From NCBI RefSeq assembly GCF_902713615.1, contig NW_024055654.1, forward strand, positions 4,021,185-4,085,184: a DNA stretch of 64,000 nt. Reading direction: 5' to 3'. A program made the position numbers and the translations under genes. The notes beneath the pieces are model-generated. The model was not told where the DNA came from and did not search any database. It saw nothing but the letters and a program-made list of their open reading frames with translations. Shown here one piece after another: positions 21,291 to 34,451 of this stretch. How positions within the stretch are numbered: the stretch's first letter is position 1; each line of letters opens with the position of its first letter. The DNA comes from Scyliorhinus canicula (taxonomy: Eukaryota).

Positions 21291-23829
21291 ATATAGAATG
21301 AAATTCCCTCTACATAACTCGCTGAAACACACTAAAGGTCTGGAAATCAAGGGTTCTATGCCAGGTAAAACCTCTTCTGCACTCGTCCTCAGAGATCCCC
21401 AAGACAGTTTGACAGTGGGGTAAAGAAACCTATACATTTACTGGGTAAAGCAACCTGTGCATTTTTCCATCAAACTCACCCAGGTCAGGTACAGCATAAT
21501 TCAGATACAGAGTAAATCTCCCTGTGCACAGTCATATAAAACACTCACAGGGCAGGTTCAGTGCAGGTTACATGCAAGTAAAGCTTGCTCTACCCTGGGC
21601 AATCAAATGCTCCAAGTCCACGGCAGCTTGGTGAAGTACAAGGAAAGATTCTCCGGCCCTGCCATACCAAATCTTCGCCACCATGTGCGGCCCAAATTAG
21701 ATACAGAGTAAAATTGTCTCTGCAGTTCTCATTAAACACTCCAAGGTCATTGACTGCTCCAACCAGAGTTTAGAGTCAAACGCCCTCTATTTATTCCAAT
21801 TCAATGGATTCAATCCATTTAGTTGTAAGCCAACGGGGTGAGATAGGGCTGAGAGTATGTATTGGCCACATGTTGACTTCATGTTGTCGATTAAAGACAG
21901 TAACCCTTCGTGGAGAGACAGGAGACAGAACCAGTTATGAGAAAGACACAGAGCGAGGTAGGATACAGGAAAACTCTACGAACACAATTCGCATGTCTTT
22001 ATATTTAGAGATTTGAGGGAATTTTTCCTAATTCGAAACATGGCTATCATCATGACATTTTTCTCATATAACTGATGAATAAAAAATGTCGATAAACAAT
22101 CAATACTGGAATCCGTTGACCTATTTGCATCATTGGCTCTATTTCTGTGCTGTGTTGGTGGGGAAACATTTGTTTTGTTTTTCTCAGTCCGCAATCTAAT
22201 CTCGATCTTCTATTTCTGTGTTTATTTACATAAACACCTCACTGGTCACAATGAAATGTCCATTTCAGCAAAACGAAATAAACACAGTCACTTATTGATT
22301 AGTTTCAACTCAAAATAGCGGTTTATTTTAAGAATATTGACAGTTGGTTAAAATGAATAGAAACTTCCATTAGAACAGATGTTACTTAATTGAAAGAAAA
22401 AATACATTTAAATTAAGTATTCATTCTGAAAGTTCTGATGCCTCAATTAATAAAGCATCTTTAACCAGCTACCTTTCCACTGAATGTTAATTTGATTTAA
22501 ATATTAACCAATTTAAAGAAGATAAATTAAAACATCAGGCAGAGGAGAGATCTGTAGTCACATTAATCTCAGATCTTTCGACACATTGCAATTTGCATTT
22601 TAAAATATAAACATTTGGAGAGAGCTTGCTTTTGTAAAATGCTTTACCCGACCTCAGGTAATCCCAAGGCCCTTAGAACTCACTGATATATTTTTGCTGA
22701 ATTTAGTCACTGCTCTAATGTTGGAAACAGAGCAGGGAATTTATGCACAGCAAGCTCCCACAAACTGAGAAGTGATAAGTGACCAGCTAATCTGTGATTT
22801 TAGTTGAAGAACGGACATTGGTCGAGGATACTGTGGAAAAGCAGCTCTGCTCGTTGGAATTATGTCAGTGAGGTAATCCACCTGAAGTGTGAGGCTGCTC
22901 CTCTCTCTGCTGATGCCACTGACCTGCTGAGCAGCCTTTTTTGTTGTTTTTGTTTTAGATTTCCAGAATCTGCAGCACTTTGCCCAGTTTTGGATTCATT
23001 TTCGCCACATAGCCATCAGTGACAAAGTCAGCATTAACTGACCATCCTGAGAAGCCGGATGTAAACCACGTTTTTGATAAGGTGCACTTAGGGCGGTTAA
23101 TTCACATTTGACTTTCTGTAGCATCTTCCCGTCAGCTGACTTGCTTGCTCGGCAATATCAGAGATAGTTAATAGTCAACCCATAATTGTTGAACTAGAGT
23201 CACATATGGGCCTGATAGGATAAGGAGGGAAGATTTCTTCTTCTGAAGGATGTTGGTGAACCTTCTGGGCTTTGGGAAATTTCGATAAATTATTATCGAA
23301 AGTATTATGAATGACAGGACAATTCGTTCTGATTCATTAATTCATTCAATTGAACTTCCCCTCAGCTGCCATAAAACCATAAGATGTAGGAGCAGAATTT
23401 GGCCATTCGACCCATGGAATATGATCTGCCATTCAATGACATCGTGGCTAATCTGACAAAATCCTCAACTCCACGTTTCCACCTTATCCCCATCACCCTT
23501 GATTCCCTTACTGATGAAAAATCTGCCTGTCTCAGCCTTGAACATATTTCTTGACCAGGCCAACTCTCTACGGCAAATAATTCTATAGATGCACTACGCT
23601 CTGAGAGAAGAAATTCCTCTTCATCCTCGTCTGAAATGAGTGGCACCTTACACTGAGATTGTGCCCTATGGTCCTAGACTCTCCAAAAAGCGGAAATAGC
23701 CTGGCGCATCTACATTGTCAAGCCCCCTGCGAATACTGTATATCTCAGTAACTTCACCTCTGATTCTTCTGAACTCCAATTCGTGTTGGCCTGACCGTCT
23801 TAAGCTCTCCCCATTTCAGTCTCTGTGGT

Positions 23830-24034
23830 CACAGTAAGACGTCTTACAACACCAGGTTAAAGTCCAACAGGTTTGTTTCAAACACGAGCTTTCGGAGCAC
23901 TGCTCCTTCCTCAGGTGGGAGCAGTGCTCCGAGAGCTAGTGGTTGAAACAAACCTGTTGGACTTTAACCTGGTGTTGTAAGACTTCTTACTGTGCTCACC
24001 CCAATCCAACACCGGCATCTCCACGTCATTGCCA
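23830..24034. mobile_element. Fold-back Penelope-like terminal element with a 13-bp target duplication
   Basis: Inverted arms at ~23830-23907 and ~23918-23994; CAGTCTCTGTGGT at 23817-23829 and 24035-24047; the paralogous site at ~27460 is empty. Confidence 0.85.
23883..23917 (-). ncRNA. Minimal hammerhead ribozyme (Penelope-type)
   Basis: Minus strand CAC-CTGAGGA-A-GGAGC AGT GCTCC-GAAA-GCT-C-GTG: intact core, stem II hairpin, palindromic AGCT stem III, CUC cleavage triplet. Confidence 0.7.
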
Positions 24035-26842
24035 CAGTCTCTGTGGTGCAATTGGTCAACGTGTTTGGCTGTTTACCGCAAGGTCTGCGTTTCAATGCCG
24101 GATTCTTCTTTATTTGCTGACAGATAGAGTAACGATGGGCCGAGGAGCCTCTTTCTGCGCTGTGAAATGCTACCTACCTTTGAAAATCCCTCCACACTCG
24201 GAATTTACCTAAAGAACCTTCGCTGGACTGCCTCCTAAATATCTATCCTTATATAAGGAGACCAAAACTGTTCACAACATTACAATATGCCCTGATGGAA
24301 TTTGTACTCCTGTTTCTGGAGAGTTATTAGTTCAGGCCTCCAGATTACCAGTTTTGTAATAATATTGCGAGACTATCTAGAAGACTGTAATATCCCCCCA
24401 TCGAAAAGATGGAACAATTGAACATTAAACACTCCGTCTGCATTGGATCACAGGCTGGATCATGGGCTCAGGTATCTGTTGCGGGAGGTGATAGTGATTC
24501 CACTGAGACAAGACTGTTAACATATCATGGTTTGCATTTTGACATTCTGAAACGTTGCTCGGTGAATCTAAAGTTCAAACTATGGGTCCAGTCTTACATG
24601 GGTCAATTTTTCAGAGGTTGGTCTTTTACTAGTCTTGGGTCTTATTTTGACACGATGGCAATGGTGATAGGGAATTCCACTGGCTCCATATAAAATATCA
24701 GTTTTTCCAACAATAGCACACCAGTCTCTGTTTATATTACACCGAACCACATACCTGTTGCCTGTCACGATATTCTAAATGATTGTATATATTTGCTTAT
24801 TTGTACGAGTACAATCATTGTTGATTTGGAGGTTATATTAATTCTTGTTAATACCTATAAGTAGTTCTATGAAATTTTTATTTGCTCTGCTATCATGTGG
24901 GTAATATTGAGTTTAATATTTTACCACCGTCCCAGTAATGAACTGGCCTTGAGGGACAGGCCAGCATGTGAACATCGCTGCACTGTAATTTATAAAAGTT
25001 AATGGAAATCTCTGTTTTGTTCAAAATGATGAATTTACTCTACACATTGGAAAATTGTTTCGTGGTGAGGATTTCTTTTCCTGCCTCGTTTTATATTCAC
25101 CAAACGCCTAATACACTGGCAGTGGTAGACAGATCAGTGCTCTCACAGAATCACCAGATTGGCACCCACAGGATAAATGTCCACCCAATCATAGAACTCT
25201 CATCTGGTTAATCATCGAATCATAGAATTTACAGTGCAGAAGGAGGCCATTCGGCCCATCGAGTCTGGATTCATTGGATTCGATCCATTTAGTTGGAAGC
25301 CAATGGGGTGAGATTCCGCTGAGAGAATATATTGGGCACATGTTGGCTTCATGTTGTCGATTAAAGGCAATGACCCATCGTGGAGAGACATGAGACAGAA
25401 CCAGTTAGGAAAAAGGGACAGATGTCAGATACAGGAAAACTGGAAAACTCTGCGAACACATTTCGCATGTCATTATATTTCGAGATTAGAAGGACACTTT
25501 TTTAATTGTGAACATGATTATCATGATGACATTTTTCTCATATAACTGATGAAGAAACAAATGTCAAAAACAATCATTACTGGAATCCGTTGATCTATTT
25601 GCGTCTTTGCCTCTATTTCTGTGCTGTGTCGGTGGGGAAATAGTTGTTGTGCTTTTGTCAGTGTATAATCTAATCTGAGACTTCTATTTCTGTGTTTATT
25701 TACATAAACACCTCACTGGTTACAATGAAGTGTTCGTATCAACAAAACGAAATAAACAGTCATTTATTGATTAGGTTCAACTCAAAATAGCGGGTTATTT
25801 TAAGGACATTAGCAGTTGGTTGAAACGTACAGAAACATCCATTAGAACAGATGTTACTTAATTGAAATGAAAAATAAATTTAAATTAAGTATTAATTCTG
25901 GAAGTTCTGATGCCTCAATTAATAAATCATCTTTAACCAGGCTGTTCCACTGAATATTAATTTGATTGAAACATTAACCGATTTAAAGGAGATAAATTAA
26001 AACATCAGGCAGAGGAATGACCGATAGTCACATTAATCTCAGATCTTTCAACATATTACAACCTGCATTTTAAAATGTAAACATTTGGAAAGAGCTTGAT
26101 TTTGTAAAACGCTCTACCCGACCTCAGGTCATCCCAACGCCCTTAAAACTCACTGATATATTTTAGCTGAATTTAGTCAGTGCTCTAATGTTGGAAACGG
26201 AGCAAAGAATTTGTGCACAGCAAGCTCCCACAAACTGAGATGTGATAAGTGACCAGCTAATCTGTGATTTTAGTTGAAGAACGGACATTGGTCGAGGATA
26301 CTGGGAAAAACAGTTCTGCTCTTTACAATTATGTCATTGAGGTAATCCACCTAAATGTGAATCTCTTTCTCTCTCTGCTGATGCTCACTGACCTGCTGAG
26401 CGGCCTTTTTTGTTTTTGTTTTAGATTTCCGGAATCTGCTGCACTTTGAACAGTTTTTAACATTCATTCTCGGAATATGACCCTCACTGGCACAGTCAGC
26501 ATTAACTATCCATCCTGAGAAGCCGGATGTGAACCTCCTTTTAGATAAGGTGCACTTCGGATGGTTGAATTCACATCTGACTTTCTGTGGCAGCAGACCT
26601 TGAACTGATTGGCTTGCTCGGCAATATCAGAGATAGTTACGCGTCAACCACATCACTGCTGAACTACTCACATAGAGGCCAGACAGGGTAAGGAGGGAAG
26701 ATTTCTTCTCCTGAAGGACATTGGTAAACCTGCTGGACTTTGGAAAATTTCGCTAGCTTCATGAGTATTATGAATGATGCGACAATTTTATTTCTGATTT
26801 ATTAATTCATTCAATTGAAAGGCCCCCAGCTGCCAAAAAACA

Positions 26843-27020
26843 GGTGCTGGTTTAGCTCACTGGGCTAAATCGCTGGCTTTTAAAGCAGAGCAAGCAGGCC
26901 AGCAGCACGGTTCGATCCCCGTACCAGCCTCCCCGAACAGGCGCTGGAATGTGGCGACTAGGGGCTTTTCACAGTAACTTGATTGAAGCCGACTTGTGAT
27001 AATAAGCGATTTTCATTTTC
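26843..27020 (+). mobile_element. Short tRNA-derived SINE
   Basis: GCTGGTTTAGCTCACTGGGCTAAATCGCTGGC...GGTTCGATCCCC...GATAATAAGCGATTTTCATTTTCA; absent from copy 1 of the duplication. Confidence 0.85.
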
Positions 27021-28065
27021 AAACCATAAGATGTAGGAGCAGAAGGTGTCCATTCGGCTCATGGAATATGATCTGCCATTCAATGAGATCGTGGCTGATC
27101 TGATAAAATCCTCAACTCCACTTTTCCGCCTTATCCCCATAATCCTTGATTCCCTTACTGATGACAAATCTGTCTGCCTTAGTCTTGGACATATTTATTG
27201 ACCCGACCTCCCCAATTCTCTGCACCATAGATTCACTCCCCTCTCAGAGAAGAAATGCCGCTTCATCCTCGTCTGAAATGAGCGACACCGTACTCTGAGA
27301 TGGTGCCTTACGGTCCCAGACTCTCCCACAAGCAGAAACAATCTCTAGCATCCACACTGTCAAGCTCCTTGAAAATACTACATAGCTCCGTAAGTTCGCC
27401 TCTCATTCTTCAAAACTCCAATGCATGTAGGTCTTCCCTACTTAAACTCTCCTCATGTCAGTCTCTGTGGTGCAATAGGTCAACACTTTTCGCTGTAAAC
27501 CGAAATGTCTGTGTTTCAAGACTATCCAGGGCCGTATTCTTCTCTATTTGATGACAGGCGCAGTAATGATGGGCCGAAGAACCTCTTAATTCCAGCTACC
27601 CATGAAAATCCGACCATACCCGAGTTTAACCTAATGAACCTTCTCTGGACTGCCTCCAAAGTATCTACCCTTTGTTAAGGAGACCCAAACTGCTCACATC
27701 ATTGCAATACGCCCTGGTGGAATTTGTACTCGAGTCTCTGGAGTAATAGTTCAGACCCCCGGATTACCAGTCCAGTAATAATATTTCGAAGCAGCCCGAA
27801 GACTGTAATATCATCACATGTAAAAGATGGAGCAACTGAAACATAAAATACTCCTGCATTGGATCACAGGTCTGGATCATGGGCTCAGGTATCTGTTGTG
27901 AGAAGTGATATTGATTCCACTGAGACAAGACTGTTAACCTATCATGGTTTGCATGTCGACATTACATTCTGAAATATTGCTCAGTGTATCTAAAGTTCTA
28001 ATTCTGGGTCCAGCCTTACATGGGTCAATTTAATTTTCAGAGGCTAGTCTTTTCTTAGTATTGTG

Positions 28066-28258
28066 TCTTATTATAAATTTAGAGTACCCAATTATTTTTT
28101 TCCAAATCAAGGGGCAATTTTGCGCAATCAATCCACGTATGCTGCACATCTTTGGGTTTTGGGGGTGAAACCCACGCACAGACGGGGAGAATGTGCAAAC
28201 TCCACGCGGAGAGAGACCGAGAGCCGTGAGACAGCAGTGCTAACCACTGCACTACCGT
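28066..28258 (-). mobile_element. Poly(A)-tailed V-SINE, degraded
   Basis: Tail AATTGGGTACTCTAAATTTATAATAA and V-domain, as at 14836 and 34452. Confidence 0.7.
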
Positions 28259-29569
28259 CTTGTGTCTAATTCGGACACGATGGTATTGGTGAATGGGAAT
28301 TCCACTGGCTCCATATAAAATGTCAGTAATTACAAAAATAGCATCTGAACACAAGCAAGGCAGAAAAATATATAGAACTGGGCCTTCCCACTGCATGAGC
28401 TGCACGGTCAGAGCGGTTGGAAGCCGGGATTGTTTTCCTTAGAACCCAGCAGTTTTTGGGAGGTGTGGTAAAAATGGTCACAATTATGAAGGGTTTTGTT
28501 TGATTAATTAGGAAGAAACTTGATTCACTGGCAGGAGGGTCAGAAATCAGAAGACACTAATCTATACTCCACTGTTCTGTTTGTGCTGCAAGAACATGCA
28601 TGGGATTATATTACATTAAGTTCCGCCTCTTCTATATTCCACAGGAATTTGTATCTTTACATCTCACCAGGGCCTGTATCTGTTGATATTACACCGGACC
28701 ATGTTCCTGTTGTCTCTCGATTTATATTAACCAATCACCTGATGCACTGGCAGAGTTAGACAGAACCGTGTTTTCACAGTCTCGCCACGATGCTAATGGT
28801 GGGCACCCATCGGAGAAATGTCCACCCAATGATACAACACTCATCTGGTTAAGAAGAACAGCGAAAATCGCTGCACAAACGTATTGGTTGTTAGTGTAGG
28901 TGTGTATATGAAACATTTTTCTTAATTTTTGCAACTCCAATCGATCAAGACGTATTGTTATCTTCAGAATTATTTGGTTCACTTTACGATGTCTTCATAT
29001 GCTTCAGTCCTAAACTCTAGCATTCATTCCCTACTCCTCTTTACCTCAATTCCCTTATTAAAATCATCCCATAACATGCCTCGTCAACCACGTTTTTGAT
29101 AATCTGCCTTAATAACTCTTTACACATGTTTAATCCAGACCCTGACCAGGAATGACTGCAATAGACCTTGCCTCAGTTTATAATATTCTAGATACTGTAT
29201 CAATAATCATTGCTTTAGATCCTGTCTCATTTAAGTTTAATCAATCTTTGTATCAGTAATCGCTGCAGTAGAACCTGTCTCAGTTTATGGTAATCTGGAC
29301 CCTGTATCAGTAATCACTGCACGAGATTCAATCTCAATTTAGGTTAATCTACACCCCGTATTAGTGATTATTGTTTTTGACCCTGTCATAGAGTCGTGGA
29401 GTCTGAGAGTTTTACAGGAAATAAAGATGCCCTTCCACCCATCATCTCTGCGATGGCAATCAAGCACCTATCTATTCTAAGATCGCCCAAAAATGGTCTT
29501 CCTGCCATAAAATCATAAAACATGGGAGCAGAACCCGGCCTTTCAGTCCATCCAGTCTGCTCCGTATTC

Positions 29570-30114
29570 AATCATGACTGTTATGGTTCTAATCCCCATT
29601 CTCCTGCCTTCTCCCCATAATCCCAGGTCCCCTTATTAATCAAGAGCCTGTCTATCTCCATCTTAAAGGCACTCAGTGATTTGGCCTCCACAGCCTGCTG
29701 CGGGACTGAGTTCCACAGATTCAAGACCCTCTGGCTGAATAAATTGCTCCTCTTCTCAGTTTTGAAGGATCGTCCCTTAAATCTGAGGCTGTGCCCTCGG
29801 GTTCTAATTTCACCTACTAGGCCTCTCGCTATTCTGTAACTTTCAATGTGACCCCACCCCCGCCCCGCGCACCACTCCCCTCACAGCACCTCATCCTTCT
29901 AAACTCTACCCAATACAGGCCCAGAGTCCTCAACCGCTCCTCATATGACCAGTCCGTCATTCCGAGGATCAGTCTTGTGAATCTCCTCTGGAGCTTCTCC
30001 AAGGCCAGCACATCGTTTCTTAGATAAGCTTACCAGAACTGCTCACAATATTCCAAATGGGGTCTGACCGGAGCCTTATAGAGCCTCAACAGTTACATCC
30101 CTGCTCTTGTAAAC
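29570..30114 (-). mobile_element. CR1 LINE 3' remnant (host of the hAT insertion)
   Basis: ALEKLQRRFTRLILGM...YEERLRTLGLY motif; the remnant resumes after 34399. Confidence 0.7.
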
Positions 30115-30122
30115 TAGCCCTC

Positions 30123-33100
30123 CAGCGGCGTGCAGAGGTCTGGTGATGCCCGGGGCCAATCTTGATTATATGCCCCAAAGACTCAAGTATAAGGCCTAAT
30201 ATACTGAGAAATATTATGAGAAAGGAAAACATTTTGAATATATAAACACAGATGAAACATGAAATAAACGCTATATTCGATTTTAATATTAATCAATCAA
30301 ATTTATTAAGTTATTTTCCCCAAATGATACCTCCTGTCACAAAACACCTGAACTACTTCACTTTTTACATCAGCTGTGAGAAATTCTTTTTCAATGCTTA
30401 TTAAAGCCAGGTTGGTCAGTCGCTCCTGTGACATAGAAGACCTCAGATATGTTTTTATTAATTTCAGTTTTGAAAATGACCTTTCACAGCTTGCAACTGA
30501 AAATGCAATTGTAAGCAGTAATCTGTATGAAACACACAGCGTCGGAAAGACATCCCTCCCATACTGCAGTAAAGACTCCAGAGCATCTTTAGGATCAGGG
30601 GGAACTCTATTCCCTCCAGCTCGAAGGAGCATCACAAAATCAATAATTTCGTCATATAACTGAATTGCAACCACATCATTGTCATAATAATTTGCAAAGT
30701 CTGAACATTCCTTTTTTAATTTCTCTCTTTCTTGTTCATCTTCAATCACTACTGAATTCAAGTTCAGAAGAAAAGAAAATCGGTCACTGAGTCTTTGAAG
30801 ACGGACACTGCGGTCTTCAATTTCAGTTTTTAATCTGTTCACAATCTCTACCATTACTCTATTCATTTCTTCTTGTGCCGTCAGTCCACTATCTCTTGCT
30901 GACTCTCCAGGCATTCTTCTTCTTCTCCTTGTTTGTGCAATTGGTATTCCCCAATTTTCACAATATTCATTGGCTAAATCTATTGGATTGTGGATAATTT
31001 CGTCATTCTTCAAATTCAAGATATGAATAAGTCCTCTCAGATAACAAGAAGCTTCATGGAACCCCATTTTCGGATCCTGCAAACGTTTTGAGACTTTCTC
31101 CACTGATGATAAAACTGAGTACCAAAAATTTAATAAAGCTATAAACGGGAACTGTTGAATAGAGTTAAGTAGCGATCCTGCATCAGATTTAGTTTCCCTT
31201 GAAAATTCTCCTTCCAGCAGGTGTTGAAGGCTTGCAATAACGTTGTCACACTCTTCGTGGATTACTTGCACAGCATCATGGCTGGAACTCCATCTTGTGT
31301 CACATTGTCTTTTCACAGTCCGAGTGACAAATGATTTTAAGACTTCCCAACGAGAAGTAGATGATGAAAAAAAAGTAAAGAGTTTTTCTAGAATGCCAAA
31401 AAATGTAACAACAGGTTGCACCTCACTTGCATGGACACAGGCCAAATTGAGGCTGTGGTTCTCGCAGTTCACAAACACAGCTTTTGGGTTAACTTCAAGA
31501 ATTTTTGTTGAACCCCTCCTCTCACTCCAGCCATAACTGCTGCGTTATCATATGCTTGACCACGACAGTCATTCATGGAAATTTTGTCTTCTTCCAATTT
31601 TTCCTGAATTTTATTTACCAGGCTGACTGCATCTTTCTTGTTGACTTGAAAAAAATCCCAGAAATGTCTCCTTTATTTCTACTTTTCTGTTTCATCAATA
31701 TGAACGTAACGCAGAATTTCAGAAACCTGATCTTCATGGGCAATATCTGGAGTTGAATCCAGCATTATGCTAAAATATTTTGCGTCCTTAATTTTGGAAT
31801 TATATTTTTCTTGACAGTTTCACCAAGAAGATTGATTATTTCGTTTTGAATTCTGTTGGACAAGTAGGTGACACTTTTTGGGTTCTCTTTCCCGCTCTGC
31901 AAGTGTTTTGCTAAGAAGTCATCATATTTGGCCAAAAGTCTGATTGTTGCTAGAAAGTTTCCTGTATTTTCACTGACTGTCTCCTCTGGCTCTGATAACC
32001 CAGATATTGTTTCTCCTCGATGTCCACGATAGGCCAGATTCTGTTTTGCCAGAAAGGATATAACCTCGACAATCCGTTCAGTTATAGCTTTCCACCTTTT
32101 CTTTTCAGCAGACATTTGCTGTTGAAGTTCAGCATCTATCGTAGTTGAATGATGGAGTCGAACTACGAGGTTCAGGTATTCCCTCATGTGAGCTCTATGA
32201 GAAGGGCTTTTCTCATGATCAGGTATTCTTGGATTTAATTTTCTCCAAGTGGAGAAACCGTCTTCCTTTCCAAAGTTTAACACAGACGACAAATGCTCCT
32301 TTGAAAATAAAAAGCAAACAAAACAGTAGCATGCTTTCCGATATGGAGAGTATAACAACCATTTTCTCTCCACAATTTCTCCGTTTGTGGAAACTTTATC
32401 AAACCACTGTTTGGAAAATGATCTCCCATCCTTCTCAGCAAATGGACCACTTTTATTCTGATATCTTTCAGGGCCATGTTGTAATATTGTCATCTTCAAA
32501 TGATCTGGAATCGGTTTCTTCAAACAGCCAAAATCGCTTCTTTGCAAAAATATGCTAAAATCTTCTTTATTTTCTTCACATGGATCATCATCCTGACAAC
32601 GAGACTGAGGAGAGAGTATTATGTTCTGACATAGCTGAATCCGTAGCAGAAAAATCCTTCTCTGCACCCACATCATCTTTTACTTCTCCAGGTCTCCTAC
32701 TTCTTCTTTGCTTCATTTTATCCATGCATCTAATGCCCCTCTTTGATGGGACTCTTCTTCGACTCTGGCCCTCTTTTTTTTTCCTGTTCTGTGCTCCACT
32801 CGGTTGTACACGAAATGCTCTTAACATTTCATTTTCTATCTCAAAAAAAATGGGAAGAAAATGGTAAACAATCGGTCAGTTGCAGACGGATAAACCATAT
32901 GTCATTTCTTTGTTCCTTCGTATCAAATTATTTCACACTGATTCTCGACTGATAATTTTGTGCAATTTATATCATAGACTTGCAAATTAGTGGTATCTGT
33001 ATTCGAATATTAGCATGTTAAGGAATAAATGTCTCCTATTCCGAGATTAAATGCCATAGCAGTCCTCTGATCATCCAGGCTTCACTCTTACTACATCCCA

Positions 33101-34391
33101 CGTAAATATTTCATTAAATATCACCAAAAAACCTATAAAAAACGTAGTTGCACCCGTTCTAGAGCTATTCACTGACCTCTTTATCTTTGCCATCTCTAAG
33201 GTATAGGACGGCTGCCTGAGGTTAAATTGCGCTGTAAGTTAGTCAATTTCCCCTTAGCGCTGGGATTCTAGGGATATTGTTCTCTTCTTCAGTCATTTTG
33301 CTTTGCAGCAATGGGTGAGATGTTATGTCTCAAAAGTTGTGCCTCCCTCCTCTGCAACCCCCATGGAGAAGGATAAGAGCAGCAACGTCATGGAAATACT
33401 GTTATGACCCTTGTGGAAACAACTACAAACAACCCAACTAAGACCAATATACAAGACTTCACTTTTATATTAGCAATCACACCAAAATCAACGTAAACTA
33501 AACATGAATTAACAGGAAAATTGCAATAATATGACCGATAAATTACACATAGCAGATACAAAGACATATCTCACACATTTCGGTCAGCTCATTCAGCACG
33601 TATCGCTTTCATTTCAGCCACAATATCCTTCAAAACGTTGAACTTCTTCAAATCAAATTCCATCTTCATTTCTCTAAAGCTTTAGCACCAAGTCTCATCA
33701 AACTACTTCACCCAATTTCCACCAATATAATTTTCACAGTCAACACATTTCCAGATCCCTTCTTCTTCACAAAACCCTGGTCATGTGTGGCCTGTTTTTG
33801 CACTATGCCAGTGCATAAAGGGGTCCCCAAATCCAGATATAAAAGCTCTGTTCAAGATCCGAGCTCCAGCAGCTTGCAGTCAAGTCCTCTGAGAATCTCC
33901 CATTTATAGGACCCTGGGCTTTAAGTATAAAGGGTAAAGGGCAAAAGTTAAGAGGCCATAATGAATCTTTATAAAATACTGGTTCTGTCCCAAATGGGTG
34001 CCCCGGCCCAATGTCAATTCTGGGCACGACAGTTTAGTAAGTTGACAGCTACATAGAGGGTGCAGAGAGAGTTTAAAATAGATCAAATATAAAGATAAAG
34101 AATAAATAAAAACTCACCCATGGTGGTATTGCCGTCCGATTCTGGAGAATTCGCGCCCTTTCTGCTCCTTCTCCAGCCCGACGACGTCCAAAGCTCCACC
34201 CGACTGCGGTGCGCAGGCACGCTCCACCCCGACCGCGGTGCGCAGGCCGCGCTCCGGCCGACCGCGGTGCGCGGCGGCGCTCCGGTACCCGACCGCGGTG
34301 CGCAGGAGCGCTCCGTTCTCTTCGCTGCTGCCCCCATCCAACGCTGCCCGGGGCCAGCGCACCGTCGCCCCCCCCCCTCTGCACGCCGCTG
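30123..34391 (-). mobile_element. hAT DNA transposon (4269 bp)
   Basis: Perfect 16-bp TIRs CAGCGGCGTGCAGAGG (30123-30138 and 34376-34391), 8-bp TSD TAGCCCTC (30115-30122 and 34392-34399), internal transposase, four subterminal GAC(C/T)GCGGTGCGC repeats at ~34199-34305. Confidence 0.96.
30306..34121 (-). CDS. hAT transposase (TTF-type zinc finger/DUF4371/hAT dimerisation, ZMYM1-like); predicted spliced, frameshifted as assembled
   Basis: Stitched ORFs give WLLYSPYRKACYCFVCFLF, MLDSTPD, AYDNAAVMAG, CENHSLNL, TRWSS, SVASCERSFSKLKLIKTYLRSSMSQERLTNLALISIE. Predicted exon 1 ACCACCATGG|GTGAGT (34121-34118) splices in frame to the acceptor at 32835. Confidence 0.85.
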
Positions 34392-34451
34392 TAGCCCTCG
34401 CAACACGACTTGCATTTGCCTTCCTAGCTGCCAACTGAACCCGCATGTTAA

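Larger units (their letters stand above)
21800..25210 (+). repeat. Copy 1 of an old ~3.5-kb tandem duplication
   Basis: Collinear matches with 25270-28850 at the start (TGGATTC.ATCCATTTAGTTG.AAGCCAA), 22200/25680, 23400/27030, 24400/27830, 24650/28280 and 25120/28740. Confidence 0.85.
25270..28850 (+). repeat. Copy 2 of the ~3.5-kb tandem duplication
   Basis: Collinear with copy 1; carries independent SINE insertions at 26843 and 28066. Confidence 0.85.
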
